From a virus (Duplodnaviria > Caudoviricetes), in IMG/VR virus record IMGVR_UViG_3300000439_000015, positions 21,208 to 85,207 of that record: 64,000 bases of DNA, one strand, 5' to 3'. Under the pieces are notes generated by a model. It was not told the origin of the DNA. It did not search any database and worked only from the letters and a program-made list of their open reading frames with translations. Below are positions 37,823 through 45,916 of this stretch, one piece after another. A program made the position numbers and the translations under genes. Every line of letters starts with the position of its first letter. The stretch's first letter is position 1.

Positions 37823-37988
37823 GCTGAACCGTCATGACGTATTTGCTGGCGTTGGCGGTGAACGCCTGCGCCTCTTCCTTCGTGGCGAAGTCGGGCGATG
37901 TCATGACGGTGTAGTAGTAGCCATCACCACCTTGGTAGGTCTTGAAGAAGAACCCGTTGCCATTCCAAATCTCGACGACTTTACTCAT
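37815..37988 (-). CDS. Small hypothetical protein
   Basis: MSKVVEIWNGNGFFFKTYQGG...; TGATG coupling to the upstream gene. Confidence 0.5.
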   Translation of the reverse strand: MSKVVEIWNGNGFFFKTYQGGDGYYYTVMTSPDFATKEEAQAFTANASKYVMTVQHG

Positions 37989-38191
37989 CAAATAAACGCC
38001 TTCATGTCTTGCGCTTCTGCTTCCCATTGCTCTGGTGAACCGAGACGAACGACGTGCAAGCACACGTCCGTGCCGTTCTCCATGAGTTCTGATTCGGTGT
38101 CGGTCAACTCCACGCCTGCGTGGGTTTCGCACACCTGCTGGGTGCAGAACTTGTTGTCAATGCCGTACTGAAGCCACTCATCAAAGGTCAT
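37988..38191 (-). CDS. Small Cys/His hypothetical protein
   Basis: MTFDEWLQYGIDNKFCTQQVCETHAG...DVCLHVVRL. Confidence 0.6.
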   Translation of the reverse strand: MTFDEWLQYGIDNKFCTQQVCETHAGVELTDTESELMENGTDVCLHVVRLGSPEQWEAEAQDMKAFI

Positions 38192-38201
38192 GGCGTTCAC
38201 C

Positions 38202-38735
38202 TTAGCAGCCGTCGGCGTTCCATTCTGGGTGGATTCCGCCATTACGGTTCCAATAGAAGGCGGCGACACGGAACTGGTCTGCGATGCTCGCATCTTGGGC
38301 GTACTGGGCGGTGATGCCAAGGGCGTGAGCGCCGAACTGCCACGTTGGGGGCATGAACTGGAAGATGCCTGCTGCGCCTTCTGGGTTCACCTCACGGTAG
38401 TTGTGGAAGTCCGTGGGGGTCGAGCGAGATTCACGCCACATGACGCAGGTGAAGGCCGCTCGGCTCGGTGGTGGGAGCAAGTCCGTGTAGCCACCAGAGG
38501 GGGCTGTGTGGCTCGCTACGGGCTTTGGCTTGGCTTTGTGGTGAACCACAGGCTTGGCGACGTGAGCGTGCACCACGGGGCGGCTGTTGCCGTACCAGAA
38601 GATGGTAATCATCTTGGGCGTAGTCGTCCGAGCGGCGAGGTGATAGGCCACCTTGGGCGCAGCGTGGAACGTTCCTACGACAAGGGAGACTACGACTGTC
38701 AGTGCGAGGAAGCCACCTCGCACCGTGCCTAGCAC
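38202..38735 (-). CDS. Secreted Rpf-like/lysozyme-fold lytic transglycosylase
   Basis: Hydrophobic N-terminus, Pro/Lys/Val linker, then FTCVMWRES...GAAGIFQFMPPTW...ADQFRVA...HPEW; start codon uncertain. Confidence 0.8.
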   Translation of the reverse strand: MLGTVRGGFLALTVVVSLVVGTFHAAPKVAYHLAARTTTPKMITIFWYGNSRPVVHAHVAKPVVHHKAKPKPVASHTAPSGGYTDLLPPPSRAAFTCVMWRESRSTPTDFHNYREVNPEGAAGIFQFMPPTWQFGAHALGITAQYAQDASIADQFRVAAFYWNRNGGIHPEWNADGC

Positions 38736-38930
38736 GAGCCTGCCTTGGTAGAGGGATAGAACGGTACCGCTATTGGGTTGCTGGACACAACGCACTCCTT
38801 TGGTTGCCCATTGGGGGATGCACCAGTTTACCCGAATGTGACGGATAAGGCAAGTACTAAGCGATTTCCTTGCAAATAAAGGGTTTTGCCCACACCGTCG
38901 AGGTGATAGAAAAAAAACATGCAAAAAGAC

Positions 38931-38960
38931 TTGACAGATGTCACACGGGGGTGCCATACT
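38931..38960 (+). promoter_or_regulatory. Strong sigma70/SigA-type promoter (antisense to the cassette)
   Basis: TTGACA-gatgtcacacgggggtgc(18)-CATACT with TGn extension. Confidence 0.75.
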
Positions 38961-38966
38961 GGTTAG

Positions 38967-39294
38967 GTAAGAAAGCAGCAGTGCCGAGGTGCGCTTGTAA
39001 AGTCCCCACGAGAAAGTGGTCGAGCAAGCCGAAGGCCAGCCTGTGAGCCGTACCACCTGTTTGCGACACGGGCGCATTCAGTAAGGCCGTAGGGAGTTCG
39101 GAGCGAACTACGGCGAGGTGGGTACGGAACTCCTAGTGGGGGTGAGTGTTAGGCGTGAGGAAAAGCGCAAACCACCGAACCGCAAGGGGTAGGGTCGGGC
39201 GCTCGTTGGGAAACGGGTAGTCCGCCAGTGACATCAGTACGGAAAACCAAGGCTACCGAGTTAGAAGTCCCCTCAGCAAAGGCTGGGGGGATTT
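38967..39294 (+). ncRNA. Candidate structured non-coding RNA (~330 nt), family unassigned
   Basis: No credible ORF; bounded by promoter and terminator. Nested helices 38990-38996/39163-39169, 39004-39009/39136-39141, 39049-39058/39116-39126, 39086-39092/39108-39114. Confidence 0.65.
39267..39294 (+). terminator. Intrinsic terminator (possibly bidirectional)
   Basis: gtcccctcagc-aaag-gctgggggat-ttt; convergent with the stop of 39296-40885. Confidence 0.7.
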
Positions 39295-39295
39295 T

Positions 39296-40885
39296 CTATT
39301 TGTAGACCTCGTTCAGCACTTGATAGTGGATTTGGCTTGCCTTGTCGTCGTCGCCTGCCTCGTGCGCCTCTTGCTCTTGGGCGAGCAGTTTGGCAGCCTT
39401 GTCGCTGAGGTGTTCTTCCTTGGGCTTCGTTGCCTTTTGGAACGGGAGCAGGGCGTACTTGGCCCAGATTTCGCCAGCGGTTTTGGAAACGTCGCCTTTT
39501 TGGACTGGGCTTTCCCAAACAACTGCGTCGGGGTTCCAGATTGAGTAGTTCGTGTGGTCTTTGGGCTGCGAAATGTCTTGTTGTGAAACTAGGGTCATCT
39601 TGCCATCTACGTTTGCGGTCTTTCCATCCTCTTCGTTGGTTAGGCCGCTTGTAAATAACTTCGCTCCATCTCTAAGTTTCCCACGGAGTACGGTTCCGCC
39701 CTCACCAGCGTAGGCACGAGCGACTTCTTCGCTATCGGTTGCGTAAACTGCTTTTCCGTCTAGACCGATTTCTTTCTTGCCGCTTAGGGTATCCGAGACT
39801 GCTTGCGAACTTCTTACGCCTCGATAAACGGTTACTCCACTTGCGTCAGTCGTTTCCCACTGATTTCCGTGAAAGACGTGGCCCTGAACGTCGCCCTTTT
39901 GGACGTGCCGCTCTACCATGGACTTCGCCCACGAGTAGCCAGCATCACCACCCCACGCATCCCACGCCACACGTCCGTGCGACGGGTATCCGTGTTCACC
40001 CTGACGGAAGCCTTCTGCCTTCTTGTCGGGCTGGTGACGGTCAAAATACGCCTTCATCCGCTTCAGAGTGTCCAGTGAAATCTGGTGCCCGTTACCGAGG
40101 TCTGACGCACGCTTGCGCCCGACGTTGGTGAACCCTGAGCCAGCCTTGCCGTCGGCAATCCATTCCAATGCTCGCTTAGCGGCCTCTTGTACCCCCTGCG
40201 GCGGAGTGAACGTATCCTTCTTCACCGCAAAGTGGGCAGCGAGGGTTTGGAACACGTCAATAAGGCGGTTCAAGTTGTCAATCATCTGGGCGTACTTGTC
40301 GTCCATGCCGAGTTGGTGAAACTCATCCTGTAGCGCCTCTAGACGGGGCCGTAAGCCTGCCAGCGTCTCCAAGGTCAGTCCTGCGTTCCAAAGGGCTGTG
40401 GCGACCTCTGGGGTGGCTTCACGGACACGAAAGTTGCAGAGAGCGTGGTCAATGCCGACTATTCCACCTTGGGCAAACATCAGGTTCTTGGGACGACGGT
40501 CTGCGTTGGCGGTGATGTAGTCGAACAGGCGTAGGTTTCTGCCTTGGTTATCGTTTGGGTAGCAGTCCTCGCTGCCGAGTTCCAATCCTGACTTGCCGTC
40601 AATGTACGGCATAATCACCATCTTGGCATCGGTTCCCACAAAGCGGCAGTCACGGACGGGGGCGTTCATCGCCTCTCCGACACGGGCGGCGAGATACTCC
40701 TGAGCGGCGAGTATTTCAGCACGGTACAAACGACCCGTCTTGTTGCCGTGCCAGTCCTTCATGTGCTTCTCGACCCCTTCGGAGCCATCAGCAAAGCGAA
40801 CACGGAACATTCCGTCGTTCTGGTTGCCCTTCACAAACATGGGTTCACGAGACACGATGTCCGTGCTGGTGAACGGCACGAACAT
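39296..40885 (-). CDS. Polyvalent cargo protein: HipA/PI3K-like kinase + conserved phage head-associated domain + GHxFxGNQ + ADP-ribosyltransferase-like domain
   Basis: EYLAARVGEAM...FDYITANADRRPKNL...GIDHAL (kinase); PPQGVQEAAKRALEW...AWDAWGGDAGYSWA; VQK-GDVQGHVFHGNQW; VYRG...GKAVYATDSEEVARAYA...YSIWNP (ART-like). Confidence 0.8.
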   Translation of the reverse strand: MFVPFTSTDIVSREPMFVKGNQNDGMFRVRFADGSEGVEKHMKDWHGNKTGRLYRAEILAAQEYLAARVGEAMNAPVRDCRFVGTDAKMVIMPYIDGKSGLELGSEDCYPNDNQGRNLRLFDYITANADRRPKNLMFAQGGIVGIDHALCNFRVREATPEVATALWNAGLTLETLAGLRPRLEALQDEFHQLGMDDKYAQMIDNLNRLIDVFQTLAAHFAVKKDTFTPPQGVQEAAKRALEWIADGKAGSGFTNVGRKRASDLGNGHQISLDTLKRMKAYFDRHQPDKKAEGFRQGEHGYPSHGRVAWDAWGGDAGYSWAKSMVERHVQKGDVQGHVFHGNQWETTDASGVTVYRGVRSSQAVSDTLSGKKEIGLDGKAVYATDSEEVARAYAGEGGTVLRGKLRDGAKLFTSGLTNEEDGKTANVDGKMTLVSQQDISQPKDHTNYSIWNPDAVVWESPVQKGDVSKTAGEIWAKYALLPFQKATKPKEEHLSDKAAKLLAQEQEAHEAGDDDKASQIHYQVLNEVYK

Positions 40886-41866
40886 TTAGAAACTCATTCC
40901 GTGACTTTGCCCGTAAGTAACTGCGCCCATTTGGAAACGGCTCATCATGTCGTTGTAATCGCTCGCACGACCCATCGAGGCGAATGTGTCTCTCAAACCA
41001 GACAGCGTGTTTGCCATGCCCATGATGTCGTTTCTGCTGGGGTTGCCAAGCAGTGAAAAGTTTGGCATGCCTGTCAAGCGACCCAACCTCGTGCCCACCG
41101 TGGCACCGTCGAAAGCCATGGCGTGGTCAATGCCGAGAATCGAACCGTCCTTTTGCACCCAGACGTTGCCTGGGTTCATGGCGTTTCGACCACCAAACAC
41201 GCCGTCGCCGTTGCCGATGAGTTCACCAAAGAAGCGCAACTGGTTCAAGCGATTGGCGTTGTCGGGGTTCAGACTGTGCAGGGCGCTGGGATTGTTTCCG
41301 CCATTCACACCGGCAATGTCGGCGGCAGGCTTGCCTTCAAGCCATGGTTGGACAATCTGGTTTTTGTTTCCAGCAACACCCTCGCAACAGCGGATGGGCA
41401 TGCCGAGGGCTTCGCCAACCTTAGATGACAAGATTTCGTTCTGCGCTTGGCGTGAGGCGGTCAAACCCTGAGCAGGGAACGGCTTGAAGTTCTTGATGGC
41501 TCCGACAGAACCGTCCTTCATCTCGACCTTTTGAAAGCCTTTGTTCATTGCTCCGCCCATGCGCATTACACCACCTAACGGCTTGTTGATTTCCGAAGTG
41601 TTCAACCCTACCGCTTTGCCCGTTGTCTTTAGGGGCGGCGCTGGCTTAGATGGTGCGGCGGCTGGTGCGGCGGCACGCCCAGCGGTTGGTCGGGGCGCAC
41701 GGCCCACCCGTGGAATGGCTGGCTGAACAACACGAACTGCACGTCCACCGCCGTTTCCACCTGCACCGCCTCGGAAGTTGCCGTTCTCGTCAAGCCATTG
41801 GTTACCGTTGAACTTGTGGCCTGGCAACTCGTATTTCAGTACACGGAGAATCTGACGGAAGTCCAT
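40886..41866 (-). CDS. GHxFxGNQ-motif cargo protein with HipA/PI3K-like kinase domain
   Basis: MDFRQILRVLK-YELPGHKFNGNQW...NEILSSKVGEALGMP...MNPGNVWVQKDGSILGIDHAMAF. Confidence 0.75.
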   Translation of the reverse strand: MDFRQILRVLKYELPGHKFNGNQWLDENGNFRGGAGGNGGGRAVRVVQPAIPRVGRAPRPTAGRAAAPAAAPSKPAPPLKTTGKAVGLNTSEINKPLGGVMRMGGAMNKGFQKVEMKDGSVGAIKNFKPFPAQGLTASRQAQNEILSSKVGEALGMPIRCCEGVAGNKNQIVQPWLEGKPAADIAGVNGGNNPSALHSLNPDNANRLNQLRFFGELIGNGDGVFGGRNAMNPGNVWVQKDGSILGIDHAMAFDGATVGTRLGRLTGMPNFSLLGNPSRNDIMGMANTLSGLRDTFASMGRASDYNDMMSRFQMGAVTYGQSHGMSF

Positions 41867-41868
41867 GG

Positions 41869-42084
41869 TTACCCCTCTAGGAACGAAACGTAGGCACCGT
41901 TTGTCCAGTCCTTGCCGAGGTACGCAATGGTCTGCGCATCATCGGCACCCATCATCTTGCATGTGTCAACGAGGTTTTGGGCAACGCCCGTCACCGAGGT
42001 GATTGAATCGCCATCGAACACGATTGTTCCGCTTGGAGCAGCATCGGGATTGTTGACGGGAACGAAGATGATTGTCTGTGCCAT
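41869..42084 (-). CDS. Small acidic protein (71 aa) coupled to kinase gene
   Basis: MAQTIIFVPVNNPDAAPSGTIVFDGD...; stop 2 nt before the kinase start. Confidence 0.55.
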   Translation of the reverse strand: MAQTIIFVPVNNPDAAPSGTIVFDGDSITSVTGVAQNLVDTCKMMGADDAQTIAYLGKDWTNGAYVSFLEG

Positions 42085-42113
42085 ACGACACACTTTACTA
42101 TGGGTTTGGTGAT

Positions 42114-42512
42114 TTAGACAGTTGGAGTTGAGGCAGTCTGAACGTAGTTCTGCCCACCTACGCCCCACTGCTGATACTGCGAAGGCTTGTCGCTACTGGG
42201 ATTTGGAAGAACCTTCTGTCCAGCAACGAGTGACCAACGGTTGTCAATCGGGCGAGAGCAGGTGGAACAGGTGCGTGACTGCGAAGAGGCAGCGAACTGA
42301 CCCGTGATGGAGCCGTCGGCGTTGCGCTCAATCCAAGTGTCGGGAACCTTGATGGTATTGGAATGCCCCGACGCACACGTTGCAGTGAAAAGCAGGTTCT
42401 TAGCGTCAAAGGCGTTCAGTCCGCCCGTTGAGTGCTGGTTGCCACGAAAGACGTGGCCCTTCAAGTCGCCCTTTGTAATGGGGTACAAGAGTGCGTCGGT
42501 GCTGAAGTCCAT
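42114..42512 (-). CDS. GHxFxGNQ-motif cargo protein with Zn-ribbon-like motif
   Basis: MDFSTDALLYPITK-GDLKGHVFRGNQHS...CASGH...CSTC. Confidence 0.75.
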   Translation of the reverse strand: MDFSTDALLYPITKGDLKGHVFRGNQHSTGGLNAFDAKNLLFTATCASGHSNTIKVPDTWIERNADGSITGQFAASSQSRTCSTCSRPIDNRWSLVAGQKVLPNPSSDKPSQYQQWGVGGQNYVQTASTPTV

Positions 42513-42513
42513 G

Positions 42514-43233
42514 CTACGAGTTTACCGTAGGGTTTGCGAGTATCCCGATTTCGCACATGCAGTCGGGGTGAAATGGCGGCAGGTCTGCGTCGCTTGTGAC
42601 GGGCAGTCCGTCTTGAGCCTGACACTCTGGGCAAGCGCCATCAGCAGCGATGATTTGCATCTGAGCGCCGTTGGCTTGGAGTGTGTTCCTTACGCCGAGG
42701 TTGAATCCACGGTTCGCCTCTGTGTTGGCAATCATCATGGCTCGATGTTCGGCGGCTATTTCAGCAACCACTGCCGCCATAATCGCCGCTTTGCCCAACT
42801 TGTTCTTCATGCCGTTGGTGATGGCACCTGCGGCTAAGAGCATGGTTGTGTCGCCAATCCCTGACGCAATCTTGGCGGCTATGGGATTCATTTCACCAGA
42901 TGCGGCTCGTGCGGCGAGCATTGTTCCAATACCGAGGGCAAGGAGTGCGCCTGCGTGCTTCTCGGCGGCTTGCTGAACGTCTTGGTACATACCGCCGATG
43001 GTTGATGTCACAGGGGTGTTGTTTACTTGTAGGGCGGATGCTGGGTCGCCGCCGTTCTGGGCGAGCGCAATGGCTGCTGATACGCCGACAATGCTCTCTG
43101 CGAGGGCCTTCTTGACTTTGGCCTTGTGCTTCTTGGATGCCGCTACGACGGCTGGGTTGCCCTTTTCCTTTGTGGCGGTTTTGCCCTTGGCAAACTCAAT
43201 CCACTCTAGGATTTCACTGTCCGTGATGGACAT
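42514..43233 (-). CDS. MuF-like (phage Mu gpF / SPP1 gp7) head morphogenesis protein, short form
   Basis: RAMMIANTEANRGFNLG...ACPECQAQDG...LPPFHPDCMCEI; N-terminal MSITDSEILEWIEFAKG leader. Confidence 0.85.
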   Translation of the reverse strand: MSITDSEILEWIEFAKGKTATKEKGNPAVVAASKKHKAKVKKALAESIVGVSAAIALAQNGGDPASALQVNNTPVTSTIGGMYQDVQQAAEKHAGALLALGIGTMLAARAASGEMNPIAAKIASGIGDTTMLLAAGAITNGMKNKLGKAAIMAAVVAEIAAEHRAMMIANTEANRGFNLGVRNTLQANGAQMQIIAADGACPECQAQDGLPVTSDADLPPFHPDCMCEIGILANPTVNS

Positions 43234-43235
43234 GA

Positions 43236-44069
43236 CTACTCCGCAGAAGGCTTGGAGTAAGTTCCGCCCCGACGCTTGTATTCCTGAACAACCCAGCCAT
43301 TAGCAACTGCTGAAGGGTAGACATCAAACTTCTTTTGTGCGTCTGCCTTGACTTGGTTGTAGAGGTCTTGGTCGTCTGGCTCGCCCTTGCGGTCAGAAAT
43401 CAACTTCGTGTAATCAGGCTCGTCGTCTGCCTTAGAAATCGGAACCCCAGCGGCGACTTGCGAGGCGGCTGAAGCCGTGCTTGCGTTTGCGGCTATGTTG
43501 GTTCGGTTTCCCGAACGGGCGAAATCCCCTGCTTGCTTTGAGGCACTATCATGCGCCAACGCTGCTTGGAAATGAAGTTGGCTTACCAATCCGTTTGTTT
43601 TATCCGCCAAATCAAAGTGCGCCCTTGCAAGTTCAGCGTGTTTACCGGCTATGTCTTGCAAGTTGTGTACTTTATTGGGGTCTGCGTCAGGCGTATTTTG
43701 GACTTTTGACGCAAAGTTAGCAAGGTCTTTTGCTTTGGAAGCAACGTCTTTGGCTTGTTCGTAATCTTCTTGGTTGGCGTACTGGTTTCCCCGAAATGGG
43801 TGACCTGAAAAGTCGCCCTTAGCGATTTCACCAGAAGCGTGTCCCGTAGGCGCACCCGTAGCGTCAATGTGACGTAGTTGGCAGAACCCTTCGGGGTTGT
43901 CAATGTGCTTTCCAGCAATCGCTACGCAAGCGGCAAAGTCGCCTTCGCCGCCCCAGTTGATTTGACCATCGGCACCGTTGTTGTACCAGTCAATCAAGCC
44001 CTGAGCGTTGCCTGCTTTGTGGATTTCCACCTCACGGGCATACTTGACCCAAGAAAGAATGTCAGACAC
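43236..44069 (-). CDS. Three-unit cargo polyprotein (phage head-associated domain + GHxFxGNQ Ala/His unit + DUF5872-like domain)
   Basis: IHK-AGNAQGLIDWY...WGGEGDFAACV...FCQLRH; IAK-GDFSGHPFRGNQY; ISK-ADD...LYNQVKADAQKKFDVYPSAVANGWVVQEYKRRGGTY. Confidence 0.75.
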   Translation of the reverse strand: MSDILSWVKYAREVEIHKAGNAQGLIDWYNNGADGQINWGGEGDFAACVAIAGKHIDNPEGFCQLRHIDATGAPTGHASGEIAKGDFSGHPFRGNQYANQEDYEQAKDVASKAKDLANFASKVQNTPDADPNKVHNLQDIAGKHAELARAHFDLADKTNGLVSQLHFQAALAHDSASKQAGDFARSGNRTNIAANASTASAASQVAAGVPISKADDEPDYTKLISDRKGEPDDQDLYNQVKADAQKKFDVYPSAVANGWVVQEYKRRGGTYSKPSAE

Positions 44070-44092
44070 GGTTAGCCTTTAGCAACGGAAAC

Positions 44093-44452
44093 TTACTTCT
44101 GTAAGCCAAAGTGGTTAGTGTACTTTTCAGCAAAGTCACTTTGCGTTTGAGCGATACTGTCGCCCTTTTCCCAAGCGTCTCTAGCAGCAGCGTGTGCTGA
44201 AGCGGCTTTGTAGGCAATGTTTGACCCCGTAATGTCGCCACGCTTATCAGCCTTGCGAGCCTCTACAACCAAGCGGTTGATTTCGCTCTGGTGATACTGC
44301 GCCTTTGGGTTGGAATAGCGTGTCTTAGCCTCGCCAAATCCAGCGGCTTCGGTGTACTGATTTCCATGGAAAGCGTGTCCAGCCACATCACCCTTAGCGA
44401 CGTGGTAGATACCTTGTCCTGCGAGCAGGGCTTCGGTACTGAAATCAGTCAC
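44093..44452 (-). CDS. GHxFxGNQ-motif cargo protein
   Basis: MTDFSTEALLAGQGIYHVAK-GDVAGHAFHGNQYT... Confidence 0.75.
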   Translation of the reverse strand: MTDFSTEALLAGQGIYHVAKGDVAGHAFHGNQYTEAAGFGEAKTRYSNPKAQYHQSEINRLVVEARKADKRGDITGSNIAYKAASAHAAARDAWEKGDSIAQTQSDFAEKYTNHFGLQK

Positions 44453-44454
44453 GA

Positions 44455-45858
44455 TTACCGCCCAGCGGCAGCAGCGGTGTCGGCAGCGTAAGCAGCGTCA
44501 TTCAAGCGAACAACCTCGCCCTCAGCCTGAGCCTTTTCACCGTTGTACAATGAACGGGCCTTGTCAGAGAACTCGGCAACCTTGGACTGCGATGCGTCAC
44601 GGGAGCCACGGTCAGTTTCCTTCTGAAAGGTGTTCTGAATGCCCTTCAGAGCGCCGTGAGCCTTCTGAAAGTGACCAGCGGCTTCTTCGTGCTTGGCAGC
44701 AGCATCGTGCAACTTTCCAGCGGCTTCAAGAGCCTTGGCCTCGGCTACGGCCTTGCGTCCGTTGGCGAGGTGGGTGTCGTGAGCGCCCTGATAACGAGAA
44801 ACGGTCTGCTTCCAGCCTTCACGCTTGCCAGCCATTTCACCACGACTAAAGGTACGCATACCGCCGGTGTGCTGGTTGCCCTCGAAGGGGTGGCCTGGCT
44901 GGGCACCTGAGCGGCCCTTGACACCGTACTTCTCAACCGAGAAGATGTACTCCTGATAGCCAACGGACTTTTGGAACGGGCGGGTCAGCAACTCGTCGGT
45001 TCCGAAGCGGTTAGAGGCGCTAGGCGTGTATGCCTTCTCAATGCCAATCATGTCGTGACCATCACAGGTGGGGCAGCCCTCGTTGGCGTCGAAGCCGAGG
45101 CAGTCGGGGCAGAGAATAACGTCGTACTGAGCATCAAAGTCGGCGTTGGTCTGATTGGCACCCATGGGAGCGCCGAGGTCGGCTGCGTAGGTGTAACCAT
45201 TGGAATCGGTGGGCATGGAAGCGTCCTTTCGGAGAACTGACTTGTTGGTGGGCACTGCGGTGGAAAGCGAAGGTTCCGCCTGCCATGAATCGGGCAAAGC
45301 GTCGGTAGCGCCGAGAGCCTTAGCCTGAGTAATGATGTGCGCCTTGACCGCCTTGGGGTCAGAAGCACGCCCGTAAGACTGAACAGCGTTTTCAAGGTCA
45401 GCACGGGTTTCGATTGGGTACGAACCGTCAGGCATGGCCTTGCCCTTCGAGGCAAGTTCCTGACGCTTGTCGTCCGAGAAGTCACGCTTCAAGATTTCAC
45501 CGTTAGAGGCGGCACGGATGCCAGCAAGGGCGCTCTTAGCAAGGTTCAGTGCTTCAGAAGCGGCCTGTGCAGCCTTGTCAGCGTCACGGTACTCGGCAAT
45601 GGCGTTGTTGTATCCAGTGCGCAGTTGTTCTTTGTTCCAAACCGACTTGGTGATGCTCTCACGGTAGGCAAGTTCGGCAACACGAAGCGTCTCCGTCGCC
45701 TTAGCGAGGCGGAAGTCAGCGTTGTCCTTTTCACCACGAGCGGCAGTCTCGGCAAGAGCCATCTTGCCAATCTGCGACTTGGCAATCTCGGTGGTGTTGT
45801 TGGTCACCGACTGGGAAAAGGAGACAGTCTTTGGTGTGTTGCTAGGAACCTGAATCAT
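44455..45858 (-). CDS. Multi-unit cargo polyprotein (coiled coil + DUF6582-like + CxxC Zn finger + GHxFxGNQ unit)
   Basis: ILK-RDFSDDKRQELASKGKAMPDGSYPI...LPDSW; CPDC...CPTC; internal RFGTDELL...VEK-YGVKGRSGAQPGHPFEGNQHTGG. Confidence 0.75.
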   Translation of the reverse strand: MIQVPSNTPKTVSFSQSVTNNTTEIAKSQIGKMALAETAARGEKDNADFRLAKATETLRVAELAYRESITKSVWNKEQLRTGYNNAIAEYRDADKAAQAASEALNLAKSALAGIRAASNGEILKRDFSDDKRQELASKGKAMPDGSYPIETRADLENAVQSYGRASDPKAVKAHIITQAKALGATDALPDSWQAEPSLSTAVPTNKSVLRKDASMPTDSNGYTYAADLGAPMGANQTNADFDAQYDVILCPDCLGFDANEGCPTCDGHDMIGIEKAYTPSASNRFGTDELLTRPFQKSVGYQEYIFSVEKYGVKGRSGAQPGHPFEGNQHTGGMRTFSRGEMAGKREGWKQTVSRYQGAHDTHLANGRKAVAEAKALEAAGKLHDAAAKHEEAAGHFQKAHGALKGIQNTFQKETDRGSRDASQSKVAEFSDKARSLYNGEKAQAEGEVVRLNDAAYAADTAAAAGR

Positions 45859-45887
45859 AAGTTGATTACCTTTCGCTTCTGGTGAAA

Positions 45888-45909
45888 ATGCTACACCGAG
45901 ATTTGGAAA
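45888..45909 (-). promoter_or_regulatory. Late-type promoter motif
   Basis: Minus strand TTTCCAAAT-ctcggtg-TAGCAT. Confidence 0.6.
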
Positions 45910-45916
45910 ACCTCGG

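Noticed and set aside
38736-39077. 5' extension of ORF 38202..39077 given in the track
   Set aside because: The extension is compositionally unlike protein, crosses a poly-A tract and the antisense promoter/ncRNA; the true start is likely near 38735
38967-39294. tRNA, tmRNA, RNase P or group I intron identity for the ncRNA
   Set aside because: No cloverleaf or CCA end, no tmRNA termini or tag ORF, no RNase P GAGGAAAGUCC/ACAGAA signature, and it does not interrupt a gene
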